From the NCBI GenBank assembly GCA_040954595.2, contig CM082579.2, positions 15,290,550 through 15,354,549 on the forward strand: 64,000 nt of DNA, read 5' to 3'. The stretch is from Balanoglossus misakiensis. Taxonomy: Eukaryota > Animalia > Hemichordata. The position numbers and the translations under genes were made by a program. Below, piece by piece: positions 11,405 through 23,225 of this stretch (the stretch's first letter is position 1; each line of letters starts with the position of its first letter). The notes below the pieces were generated by a model. It did not search any database, had not been told where the DNA came from, and saw only the letters and a list, made by a program, of their open reading frames with translations.

Positions 11405-13400
11405 TGGCATTCACTGCTGATAATTAGGTTTCCATAGATACAAGCGGAATGCAATAGAAGAGGGATAACCATATACATGTATAGAAAAGGTAGGTTACCC
11501 CTTCCCCTATAATCCAAATACTACCACAGAGGGTGCTATACTATATGACCATCAACTGAGTATCATTCAAATACTCTGTGCACAGTGGGTAAAGACTTAT
11601 TTGTTTTTTTTAGGAGACTTTCATCAGTTGCAGTAAAATACAACGTGACTACACTATATACACCAATGAGAATGGCCATGTAATTCAGAGAGTGCTTGAT
11701 ATTAAAACTGTTTCATAGTTGTGGCCTTTACTGCTGATAATTAGGTTACCATAGATACAAGCCCAATGCAACATGACAGGGATAAACATATGCAAAGACA
11801 AGATTAAACCCCACCTCCATAATCAAAATACTACCACAGAGGGCGCTATACTATATGACCATCAACTGAGTATCATTCAAATACTCTGTGCACAGTGGGT
11901 AAAGACACATTTGGTTTTTTAGGAGACTTTCATCAGTTGTAGTAAAATACAACGTGACTACACTATATACACCAATGAGAATGGCCATGTAATTCAGAGA
12001 GTGCTTGATATTAAAACTGTTTCATAGTTGTGGCCTTTACTGCTGATAATTAGGTTACCATAGATACAAGCCCAATGCAACAGGACAGGGATAAACATAT
12101 GCAAAGACAAGATTTAACCCCACCTCCATAATCAAAATACTACCACAGAGGGCGCTATACTATATGACCATCAACTGAGTATCATTCAAATACTACTCAT
12201 TCAAATACTCTGTGCACAGTGGGTAAAGACACATTTGGTTTTTTAGGAGACTTTCATCAGTTGCAGTAAAATACAACGTGACTACACTATATACACCAAT
12301 GAGAATGGCCATGTAATTCAGAGAGTGCTTGATATTAAAACTGTTTCATAGTTGTGGCCTTTACTGCTGATAATTAGGTTACCATAGATACAAGCCCAAT
12401 GCAACATGACAGGGATAAACATATGCAAAGACAAGATTAAACCCCACCTCCATAATCAAAATACTACCACAGAGGGCGCTATACTATATGACCATCAACT
12501 GAGTATCATTCAAATACTCTGTGCACAGTGGGTAAAGACACATTTGGTTTTTTAGGAGACTTTCATCAGTTGTAGTAAAATACAACGTGACTACACTATA
12601 TACACCAATGAGAATGGCCATGTAATTCAGAGAGTGCTTGATATTAAAACTGTTTCATAGTTGTGGCCTTTACTGCTGATAATTAGGTTACCATAGATAC
12701 AAGCCCAATGCAACATGACAGGGACAAACATATGCAAAGACAAGATTTAACCCCACCTCCATAATCAAAATACTACCACAGAGGGCGCTATACTATATGA
12801 CCATCAACTGAGTATCATTCAAATACTCTGTGCACAGTGGGTAAAGACACATTTGGTTTTTTAGGAGACTTTCATCAGTTGTAGTAAAATACAACGTGAC
12901 TACACTATATACACCAATGAGAATGGCCATGTAATTCAGAGAGTGCTTGATATTAAAACTGTTTCATAGTTGTGGCCTTTACTGCTGATAATTAGGTTAC
13001 CATAGATACAAGCCCAATGCAACATGACAGGGATAAACATATGCAAAGACAAGATTTAACCCCACCTCCATAATCAAAATACTACCACAGAGGGCGCTAT
13101 ACTATATGACCATCAACTGAGTATCATTCAAATACTCTGTGCACAGTGGGTAAACACACATTTGGTTTTTTAGGAGACTTTCACCAGTTGCAGTAAAATA
13201 CAACGTGACTACACTATATGCACCAATGAGAATGGCCGTGTAATTCAGAGTGCTTGATATTAAAACTGTTTCAAAGCTGTGGCCTTTACTGCTGATAATT
13301 AGGTTACCATAGATACAAGTGGAATGGAACCGGACAGGGATAAACATACAAAGGCTAGGTTACCCCCCCCCCCCAAAATACTACCACAGAGGGCGCTATA
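11405..13400. repeat. Tandem array of ~309-bp units (~6.4 copies)
   Basis: Anchor ctaccacagaggg(c/t)gctatac recurs at 11521, 11831, 12140, 12464, 12773, 13082 and 13381 (spacings 310, 309, 324, 309, 309, 299). An unamplified inverted counterpart lies at ~5790-6290. Confidence 0.95.
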
Positions 13401-13808
13401 CTGATCATCAAGTCTGTACCATTGAAATAAATCTGTGCAGAGTGGGTAAATTAGGCATTTGGTTCTTCAGATTTTCATAAGTTGCACTAAAATGCTATGT
13501 GGCCCACTACAAGGACAAATAAGTCAAAAATGGCAAATTTGACGTTTACTTTGAGGTTGGCATGGGGCAAACGAGACAATACAAGAACACTGAAACTCAA
13601 TTAGTGAAACACTAAAGTTGTACTTTATTTCTCTAACAAACTTAGAGAAAATTTACATGGCCATCTTTTTACTCAGAGACCTGATGTTGAATAGAAATGT
13701 GGTAGTGCAGGTCTACATGAGTGCCGTGTACTAGCCTCTCTCTCTGCAAATCCATCCACAACTTGCATGCAGATAGTGGGAGTCTGATGTAAGCAACTAC
13801 TGCAGTTA

Positions 13809-14796
13809 CAGTCAGGACGTAAGTGGGATAATTAAACAGCAGGGGATCATGCAATGCAAACAATTGAACTGGCCAGTAACGTTTGAATTGCTCATTTGCA
13901 TACAGTTTTTCAACTTTTTTCACAACGAAAGTTAAGCAACTAGCAACCCATTTCTGACAATTATTTCACCCCAGGCACATTACTGGTACTATGAGTGTAC
14001 TACATGTGATTTTTCATGAAGTTTTATCGAGAAGAATTTCTTTACTTCCACTGACAAAATTGTGATCTCGAAATTCAAAGTGACCTTGAAGTTACAAAAA
14101 AAAAAAATATCAGCCATACCCACACAAAAATTAACCCCCTCAGGTTTTAGAAACATTATTAAACTCCTCTATTCATAATTTTGACATGAATATATCCATG
14201 CCGAGAGTCAAGGACCACAATTTACTGTGCCATAGGTCAGTCCTGAGAAGTCAGTCAGCGTGAATAGTGTATAGACTCCGTATGTAATATGCTAATGAGA
14301 GATAACGACACGTTGAAAAGGAAGCCATTACGTCATGGGTTAACATGCGTTGACCTACTTCAATGCATACACATATGGCAAACACGGCTGTACTCGTCGA
14401 TGGCGAAGGCAATTTTTACACCGTCATTACTCCACAACGGAGCGGCTCACACTATTATAATTTCACGGTAACTTAGTTCAATATCTTCCTAACCTACCCA
14501 ATTTTTTTCAAGACAAGAAATCTTTGCCGAGAGTCAAGGACCACAATTTAAACCAACATACCGAAACTGTCTTTCTCGGGAAAGCGTCGTTAAAACTTCA
14601 CGAAAAATCATCCTATCATTGACTATGGTGTTTCATACACGTCTTAGAAAAATGGGTGCACTACGATCACTTGTAGTACCGAAAATCTCCGTTTGAAAAT
14701 TTTTCGAACTGGCCGTAACTGCCACTCAGCGACTTTCACATTCAAATAGATCTCTTTGATCTCACCGCCGTAATTACCCCACTTACGTCCTGACTG
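13809..14796. mobile_element. Non-autonomous TIR DNA transposon with 4-bp TSD (GTTA)
   Basis: TIRs cagtcaggacgtaagtgggataatta / taattaccccacttacgtcctgactg, with GTTA on both sides. The paralogous empty site tgcaGTTAatacttac is at 5321-5336. 4-bp TSDs occur in Sola and Academ elements; superfamily not assigned. Confidence 0.88.
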
Positions 14797-16244
14797 GTTA
14801 ATACTTACAAAGTGTATTACCTCCAACACCCCATGGACGGTATCATGTCATCACCAGTAGCTATAGGTTGTTTTAACACCTTGAGAGAAAAAAATGGATT
14901 GTTACTGATAGATTACAAAGCACTGACAATACAAGAGGGGGAGGGGTAAGGTTTGTTGAGAGCAGTTGTTTTTTGCTAAACATTAGTGAAAATATGAAAT
15001 TATTGACATGTAGGATTTCAATTTTATGATGTAAGAGTATTTTATAATATCTCACCGGGACTTCAGTTGTCGCTGTAGTATTTAACCCAAGTTTAACTGT
15101 GCCAACCACGTCCATGCATGGCAAGGTTTTCTCTCCCAAAAGTTTCAGTTTGGTATCCCAGTTACCATCAGTTGCACTTACTCCACGCCTTCTAAGTTGA
15201 ATGCGATTTACCATCACATGATTCATACTGTGGTGCAAAGACAATTAAAAACATCGATTGTAAGTCATTTAGTAGTGATACCATTGTGACCAAACCTCGT
15301 TTTAAAATACATGTAATCCGTACTCGAAACTATCATTTTTTTCTTTCTAGAATATTAGAACGCGCTCAAAAATAAAAATGCGACCTGTAAGCGAGTGCCG
15401 CGTTTCAATTGGTACTGACGATAAACACCGCCACTCGGAGATAAAATCAACGTTTTTTTTTTAATGCAAGTGAACGCATGGAGGCGGCCATATTGAATTT
15501 AGGTTACATCCCAAGACATTCCGACTGGGCTTCAGGTGGATTCGGGAAAGGTCTCTAAAACATAATCGGTCATCCAATTTTGTATACTAAATTTCTAAAA
15601 ATGTAGGACATGGGAGGTTAACATACCCACAATGACTACACACAAAAAAGGGCCCAGGCGTTTCGGGGTGCGATTGTTACGTACCTTAGCTCCATCATCT
15701 GCAACCATGCAGCCAAGGAGTGGCAGTGAAATTGTGCCTCATTGAGGATACAGTCTAGATCCGGAATTCAGCCAACGGCAAACTGTTTAGCGTGCCTTGT
15801 ATGCAGCAGGATGGCAACGTTCTGGAACTTAAATTCTGGAAAGAAAATCCGAAATAGCTGAACAGATAACAGAAGAGAGAATACATACAGCTCCGCAACT
15901 TTTCCACTGGAAGATATAATACCATTTGCCTCTATGAAAGAGCAAAGGTATGTTATAATCGCACCCCGAAACTTATCGGAAGGTCTTCGGATGTAATCCA
16001 ATATGGCAGCCTCCATGCGATCACGTACATTGAAAATCCATTGATTTCATCGCCGATTACCGATGTTTATCGTCAATACCGATTCAAACGCGGCACTCGT
16101 TTACAAGTCGCATTTATTTTTGATCGCGTTCCAATATTTTAAACAAACTAGATTACTGATAAAAATGCTCAAAATTTTTCCTCCAAATGCCACCTTTACG
16201 GATTCAGTCACACAACTTACAGACTACGCCAAACTTTTTTCCAG

Positions 16245-16385
16245 ATCATACCTTGCGGGCGAAAAGCGATGGATATACCTGAAAAATTTGTAACAGAATT
16301 GTATCATCCGCCACAAATAATGATATCAGAAGTCGAGATATCTCCACAGAAGAAGAGGGTGTGCGTTGTAGGAAAAGTCCATGAT
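16245..16385 (+). pseudogene. Exon 2 of the OB-fold gene (only surviving copy, intact)
   Basis: ttttttccag|ATC...CATGAT|gtgagt; 141 nt, phase 0-0. Encodes IIPCGRKAMDIPEKFVTELYHPPQIMISEVEISPQKKRVCVVGKVHD, whose end resembles an OB-fold start (I.ev..sp....V.V.GKV). Confidence 0.75.
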
Positions 16386-16529
16386 GTGAGTACTGTCAAA
16401 TGTTGCACAAATAGCCGTTAAACCTGAAATATAGATTGAAAGTGGATATTGTTTTACACAATTTTTGAACATTGAAGTAAAGTATTAGAATGATGGAATC
16501 CGATAAAAAAAGTGAGTTGGTAATTTCGG

Positions 16530-19500
16530 CATCCGACTTCGTTATTAAAAATGGAAAGGTTTGCGATTCGGTTCAAGTACTATTTGCAAGTTTGAAAGGA
16601 AATATTTCATTGAAGTACAGTGGCAACTACTGCATTATTGAGAATCTTTGAAATGTTGATGAACGGAGACTTATAATAGAATAAATGAAAACCTACCTTT
16701 AACGGTGTTAGGGTTACTACACCTGACAGACCGCTGGTCTGCGTCCGACCGATTCTGAGCTCCTAGCTCTTGTGGAGACATGCGGAGGTACAGCGGGTTA
16801 ACGGTTAGGAAGTGTTGATGAAAGGAATGATTAATTACATAGGCCAATCAGGATCCTGGAGTTAGATATTCGAGTGAAATGGTGGAAAAACGGGAATGCC
16901 GATTGGTTCAATTTAACCGGAGGGAAATTGCTACATTATATGACGTCAGTTGCGAACGATAATGCATATATTAAGCTAAGGTTGAATCCGGTTTTTCCAT
17001 CAAGCACAAGCATATTTCAGTCATAAAAAAAACGAAGAGAATAACACTAAAAAAATATTTCCTTTTTAAAAACTTCACTATAGCATTATTATAATGATGT
17101 ACGTCGTACATAAAATGATACACGTGACATCGACTTGTTCAGAGTTTTAAAACAGGTAGAGAGTGCCCATGGGTAACCCGAAAACACACAAACCGGGTAA
17201 AAAATGAAAGTCCTGCGAAGGCCAGGAGTATACACTGAAAAATTACAATAAATCTAGTACAAAAGTTTGTATCCTCACGAATAATTAACTCTGATTGCAT
17301 AAGTTTATTTCCGTCTCATTACCTTCTGAAAGCAAATCACTCACTTGCCGGTAAAAGTTGAGTAAAATACTACATCTAAACTGCATAGCGATGGCGGCCC
17401 ATAAAAATAATTGCCCAGTGTCCCACTCGCAATGCCCAACTTTTTAGGCCAAGTGCTAATGATATTCGAATTTTCGAAGGTTACGCAATATACACATACA
17501 TGTATAAATATTAATTTACGAACAATTTCCAGTGTTCACGCTGGGATTTCTTTCGTTCTAGTTTACTCGTTATATAATGTACCAATTCCCTCCGGTAAGT
17601 TGAGCCGATTCCCATCACTTTGAGCCAATCGATATTCATGGTTTTTCAGCATTTCAGTCGACTATATTTACACCTGTTGCATGTATTTGCAGTTTTTGAC
17701 TTGACGCTTACAACCGAGTCGCACCGCACGCAGTACTATCTTGTTGTCTTCATGTTTAGTTGTTGTTTTGCGCACACTATTTGCACAAAAATATCTGCTC
17801 GTTTTGTTATCAACGATCGAGTATATGTTAGGAAGTCCGACATAGAGAACTTTGTTCTAAATATTCAATGCCCCACAAATGATGTACTAGACTGCTCGAC
17901 ACAACACACCCCAGCCATACTCCATTAGTACACGCCACAAACACCGTATTTATACAGCCTGAGGGATTTCAGCTTCGAACTTATTGCCCAATCATATTCG
18001 ACTATTTCCAACCAATCCCCTTCTGACTAATTGACCAATCACACGCTTCGAGCATAATTTCCAAAAAAGGGAAAACTAACGAATTTGCTACATCTTTCCG
18101 GTTTCATCTTCAACAGTTTCTAACATTTTTTTGGACCCCCCCCCCCCTCGATAAACACCCATACTCAAAGGGTAACTTCATTTAATTGTCAGTAAATAAA
18201 ATCAATTCACAGTCTTATTACATGTACTATTTATAATATACTCAAATTTCCACTACAAAATATCTGTATATGTGCGTTAAATTCTGAAATCTTTCCACCC
18301 AAACCTCTAGTTATGCAAATTTAAATTGCTGTCTGTTGCGTTCGCCTACGGTTTCTCATTTTCGGACATTCGAATCTAACTCCTGATTGGCCTATAAACT
18401 TATTTCTTTCATCAACACTTTCTAACCGTTAACCCGCTGTACCTCCGCATGTCTCCACAAGAGCTAGGAGCTCAGAATCGGATGAACGAGACAAGCGGTC
18501 TCTCACGTTTAGTAACCGTAACACCGTTAAAGGTAGGTTTTCATTGATTCTAATACGTCTCCGTTCATCAACATTTCAAAAATTCTCCATAACCATCCGA
18601 CTTCGTTATTAAAAATGGTAAGATTTGCGATTTGAGATTCGGTTACCATTTGCAAGTTTGAAAGGAAATATTTCATTGAAGTACAGTGGCAACTACTGCA
18701 TTATTGAGAATCTTTGAAATGTTGATGAACGGAGACTTATAATAGAATAAATGAAAACCTACCTTTAACGGTGTTAGGGTTACTACACCTGACAGACCGC
18801 TGGTCTGCGTCCGACCGATTCTGAGCTCCTAGCTCTTGTGGAGACATGCGGAGGTACAGCGGGTTAACGGTTAGGAAGTGTTGATGAAAGGAATGATTAA
18901 TTACATAGGCCAATCAGGATCCTGGAGTTAGATATTCGAGTGAAATGGTGGAAAAACGGGAATGCCGATTGGTTCAATTTAACCGGAGGGAAATTGCTAC
19001 ATTATATGACGTCAGTTGCGAACGATAATGCATATATTAAGCTAAGGTTGAATCCGGTTTTTCCATCAAGCACAAGCATATTTCAGTCATAAAAAAAACG
19101 AAGAGAATAACACTAAAAAAATATTTCCTTTTTAAAAACTTCACTATAGCATTATTATAATGATGTACGTCGTACATAAAATGATACACGTGACATCGAC
19201 TTGTTCAGAGTTTTAAAACAGGTAGAGAGTGCCCATGGGTAACCCGAAAACACACAAACCGGGTAAAAAATGAAAGTCCTGCGAAGGCCAGGAGTATACA
19301 CTGAAAAATTACAATAAATCTAGTACAAAAGATTGTATTCTCACGAATAATTAACTCTGATTGCATAAGTTTATTTCCGTCTCATTACCTTCTGAAAGCA
19401 AATCACTCACTTGCCGGTAAAAGTTGAGTAAAATACTACATCTAAACTGCATAGCGATGGCGGCCCATAAAAATAATTGCCCAGTGTCCCACTCGCAATG

Positions 19501-20665
19501 CACAACTTTTTAGGCCAAGTGCTAATGATATTCGAATTTTCGAAGGTTACGCAATATACACATACATGTATAAATATTAATTTATGAACAATTTCCAGTG
19601 TTCACGCTGGGATTTCTTTCGTTCTAGTTTACTCGTTATATAATGTACCAATTCCCTCCGGTAAGTTGAGCCGATTCCCATCACTTTGAGCCAATCGATA
19701 TTCATGGTTTTTCAGCATTTCAGTCGACTATATTTACACCTGTTGCATGTCTTTGCAGTTTTTGACTTGACGCTTACAACCGAGTCGCACCGCACGCAGT
19801 ACTATCTTGTTGTCTTCATGTTTAGTTGTTGTTTTGCGCACACTATTTGCACAAAAATATCTGCTCGTTTTGTTATCAACGATCGAGTATATGTTAGGAA
19901 GTCCGACATAGAGAACTTTGTTCTAAATATTCAATGCCCCACAAATGATATACTAGACTGCTCGACACAACACACCCCAGCCATACTCCATTAGTACACG
20001 CCACAAACACCGTATTTATACAGCCTGAGGGATTTCAGCTTCGAACTTATTGCCCAATCATATTCGACTATTTCCAACCAATCCCCTTCTGACTAATTGA
20101 CCAATCACACGCTTCGAGCATAATTTCCAAAAAAGGGAAAACTAACGAATTTGCTACATCTTTCCGGTTTCATCTTCAACAGTTTCTAACATTTTTTTGG
20201 ACCCCCCCCCCCCTCGATAAACACCAATACTCAAAGGGTAACTTCATTTAATTGTCAGTAAATAAAATCAATTCACAGTCTTATTACATGTACTATTTAT
20301 AATATACTCAAATTTCCACTACAAAATATCTGTATATGTGCGTTAAATTCTGAAATCTTTCCACCCAAACCTCTAGTTATGCAAATTTAAATTGCTGTCT
20401 GTTGCGTTCGCCTACGGTTTCTCGAGCTCATTTTCGGACATTCGAATCTAACTCCTGATTGGCCTATAAACTTATTTCTTTCATCAACACTTTCTAACCG
20501 TTAACCCGCTGTACCTCCGCATGTCTCCACAAGAGCTAGGAGCTCAGAATCGGATGAACGAGACAAGCGGTCTCTCACGTTTAGTAACCGTAACACCGTT
20601 AAAGGTAGGTTTCCATTGATTCTAATAAGTCTCCGTTCATCAACATTTCAAAAATTCTCCATAAC
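16530..20665. repeat. Near-identical 2.07-kb tandem duplication (16530-18593 / 18594-20665), each unit bounded by inverted repeats
   Basis: The units differ by scattered SNPs and a 6-bp insertion (~20424). Within each unit the ends are inverted copies of the OB-gene upstream region (16640-16860 vs 18375-18593). Confidence 0.95.
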
Positions 20666-20889
20666 CCAGTAGTTGCCACTGTGCTTCAATGAAATATTTC
20701 CTTTCAAACTTGCAAATGGTAACCGAATCTCAAATCGCAAATCTTTCCATTTTTAATAACGAAGTCGGATGCCGCAATCACCAACTCACTTTTTTATCGG
20801 ACTCCATCATTCTAATACTTTACTTCAATGTTCAAAAATTGTGTAAAACAATATCCACTCTCAATCTATTTTTCCGGTTTAACGGCGTT

Positions 20890-21159
20890 ATGGCATCCCC
20901 GGCTCCCGGTCCCTCATCCCCAACCAGCCAAGGCGTGGCACTGAAATTGCGCCTCATGGAGGATGTCGAGATCCGGAATTCCGCCAACGGGAAACTGTTT
21001 AGCGTGCCTTGTATGCAGCAGGATGGCAACGTTCTGGAACTTAAATTCTGGAAAGAAAATCCGAAGTGGCTGAACAGATTACAGAAGGGAGAATACGTAC
21101 AGCTCCGCAACTTTTCCACTGGAAGAGATAATACCATTTGCCTCTATGATAGAGCAAAG
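20890..21159 (+). CDS. Exon 1 of the OB-fold gene, copy C (intact reading frame)
   Basis: ATG at 20890, 90 codons, donor AAG|gtacgt (phase 0). Pattern FSVPCMQQDGNVLELKFWKENPKWLNRLQKGEYVQLRNF is OB-fold-like. Confidence 0.65.
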
Positions 21160-21575
21160 GTACGTTATAATCGCACCCCGTAACTTATGGGCCTGACTTT
21201 TTTTTGCCGTAGTCATTTTGGGTATCTTAACCTCCCATCTTCTACATTTTTAGAAATTTACTCTACAAAATTGAATGACCCATTACATTTTAGAGACCTT
21301 TCCCGAATTCAACCGAAGCCCAATGGGAAGGTCTTCGGATGTAATCCAATATGGCAGCCTCCATGCGATCACGTACATTGAAAATCCATTTATATGATAA
21401 AACCATGCCTTGTCAACTCACCTCGGGTCAAAATTACTGCCATCGATTCATCATTTTGCAGTTCAAATTTTAAAAAGCAACTGACAAAAAACAACCACTC
21501 TTGCACTATTTCTCCACAACATTTACTACTCGTAATTATTAACATTCAATGTTTTCCATTTTATTTCCACTACAG

Positions 21576-21782
21576 TATGAATCAGTGACACATACATCGA
21601 ATTCTACAAAGAGACGTAAACTGACCATAACTGATGGCACAAGAGATGCTGAAGTCAACCTTTGGGGTGAGAAAACAGCGCTGCCACTGGATGTAGGTGC
21701 CACAGTTAAACTAGGCCCATTGGTTATCAACAGATATAAAACATCGTCCACATTAAATACAACAGCGACAACTGAAGTGGAG
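21576..21782 (+). CDS. Exon 3 of the OB-fold gene, copy C (RPA/SSB-like OB fold)
   Basis: ctacag|TAT...GTGGAG|gtgaga; 69 codons, phase 0-0. KRRKLTITDGTRDAEVNLWGEKTALPLDVGATVKLGPLVINRYKTSSTLNTTATTEVE fits the RPA-type OB motif (R.l.l.D.t....v.lWg.......vG..v.l....v..y.....L.t...t.v). Confidence 0.75.
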
Positions 21783-21814
21783 GTGAGACATAAAATACTG
21801 TTCCTGATGCTCCG

Positions 21815-23225
21815 TGAGAACTGTCAAGTAGCCACGGTTCTAGGCGACATAGGATGGATGTCCACGGTACGGGAGGAGGCCATGCATGTATACGGGAAGG
21901 AAAAGACCGAAGCCAACCTGCCCGTACCATCCGACGCAGCCATAAAAACCTGCACACTACCTCGGGAGTTCAATCCAGGCCGCGTACGTGGGGGATTCGT
22001 TGGCCATATCTCCCCGCAAGAGCCCACAAGAACCACCACCGCAGCTGACGACCTGGAGGAAACTTTGAGCATCTTCCGGGATCCGCAGCTGGAAAAACAG
22101 GTACTCGGTGGCGACAAGGACCAGGCGATGGAGGTGTCGGAAGGGCCAGACCCACCCCGCACCCGTGTATCACCCCCAATAGCAGTAGCGAGAGACGGGG
22201 GAAACCAACGGCTGCTGTAGGAGCCATCACCCCCACGCCAAGAAATGCTGCCGCTGCAGTCACTGATCAACCCATTGGAGCTGGAGGCGACGTTGGAGGC
22301 GGGGGAATATCTAATCCCCTGGGAACTTCGACGCCACCCCGGCAGCCCTACTAGGTCCAGATCCCCAACCCGGTCGCCGCGACCGGAGCGTTCTCGAGAG
22401 GAAAGGCGGGACCGCCCACCTTCCCGTGAACGACCATCCTTTTCACGCTGGGGAGATCTCAGCCCCAGACGTCGATCACCGATCCGGTATCCGACGCCGG
22501 AACCGCCCAAAGAAGACGAACGCCGCTGGAGGAGCGCCAGGCCGGCCTGAAGGAGCCCCCTATCCTTCTGTTCCACATTACTCATCAGGCCCTTCTCCAT
22601 GTCCGTTCCCGGGAGGCCGGAGGTCCACGCGCAAACTGAAGAAACACGCCTTTCAGTGCCACCTTCCAGTTATTTTTACTGAGAAGCCGGTAGTATTCCG
22701 CGAGCGGGACGCGGTGGAGGCGTTAGAGAAACTCACCTATACTGGCTGTGTGGTCCAGGAAATGAAATACCCGACCTGCTAGACTTCTATATCCGCAGGG
22801 GCGGACCTGGACGGATCCCTACGGAATCCTTTTGTTCACCGGAGTCCATGGTGATGATGAAGCGCCTGTGCGTCTTCCAGGGGTGGGAGGTGCCGAACAG
22901 GTTCCGACTGAGCTCCCCCACCACACCAGCGATTCTCATCCACTGGCGTGTCCTTAGCATACTGCTGAGGTGGGTATCCCAATCACGACAGGAAGAATTC
23001 CGGGAAATCCGACCTCACCGGAAAACATCATCAATCCGGACACAGCAACCAGAGAGGACGGGGGCGGAAGCAGTCGCACAGAATCCATCGACGCAGGGGG
23101 AGCGAGGACGCGCCAGGGGTTTTTGATGCATTTTTTATCCCCCAAGCGTGCGCGGAGGAGTGCCGAGTGGAAGACGCGCCCACCACCATAGATGACCTCA
23201 CTGACTACGATGTTGGTGTCCCCCC
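21815..23225 (+). pseudogene. Decayed GC-rich ORF fragment, probably a retroelement accessory gene (RS/RP-rich linker, HLP motif, PAILIHWR motif, possible start of a TatD-like domain)
   Basis: Abrupt GC rise truncating OB copy C. Consecutive + strand frames read RSRSPTRSPRPERSR.., RKLKKHAFQCHLPVIF, MKRLCVFQGWEVPNRFRLSSPTTPAILIHWRVLSILLRWVSQSRQEEF and GVFDAFF (23120-23140), broken by stops and frameshifts. The TatD link rests on recalled similarity only. Confidence 0.45.

Larger units (their letters stand above)
13245..16860 (-). pseudogene. Copy B of the OB-fold gene (minus strand, internally inverted exon 1-2 block)
   Basis: Upstream region 16412-16860 (minus); plus-oriented block 15690-16410 with degenerate exon 1, intron 1 and intact exon 2; second intron 1 at 15240-15690 (minus); degenerate exon 3 at 15055-15228; exon 4 at ~14809-14880; exon 5 deleted. 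Confidence 0.72.

Noticed and set aside
11405-13400. CRISPR-like or coding repeat array
   Set aside because: Units are near-identical over their full length and have no sustained ORF.
17620-17928. Duplicated 102-aa ORF (also 19686-19994) as a conserved gene
   Set aside because: Non-ATG start; its conservation is explained by the recent tandem duplication.
21549-22220. 223-aa ORF as one protein
   Set aside because: Chimeric read-through: OB exon 3 runs past its donor (21783) into the unrelated GC-rich fragment.
21824-22600. 258-aa minus-strand ORF
   Set aside because: Antisense shadow of the GC-rich decayed + strand ORF; no domain features.
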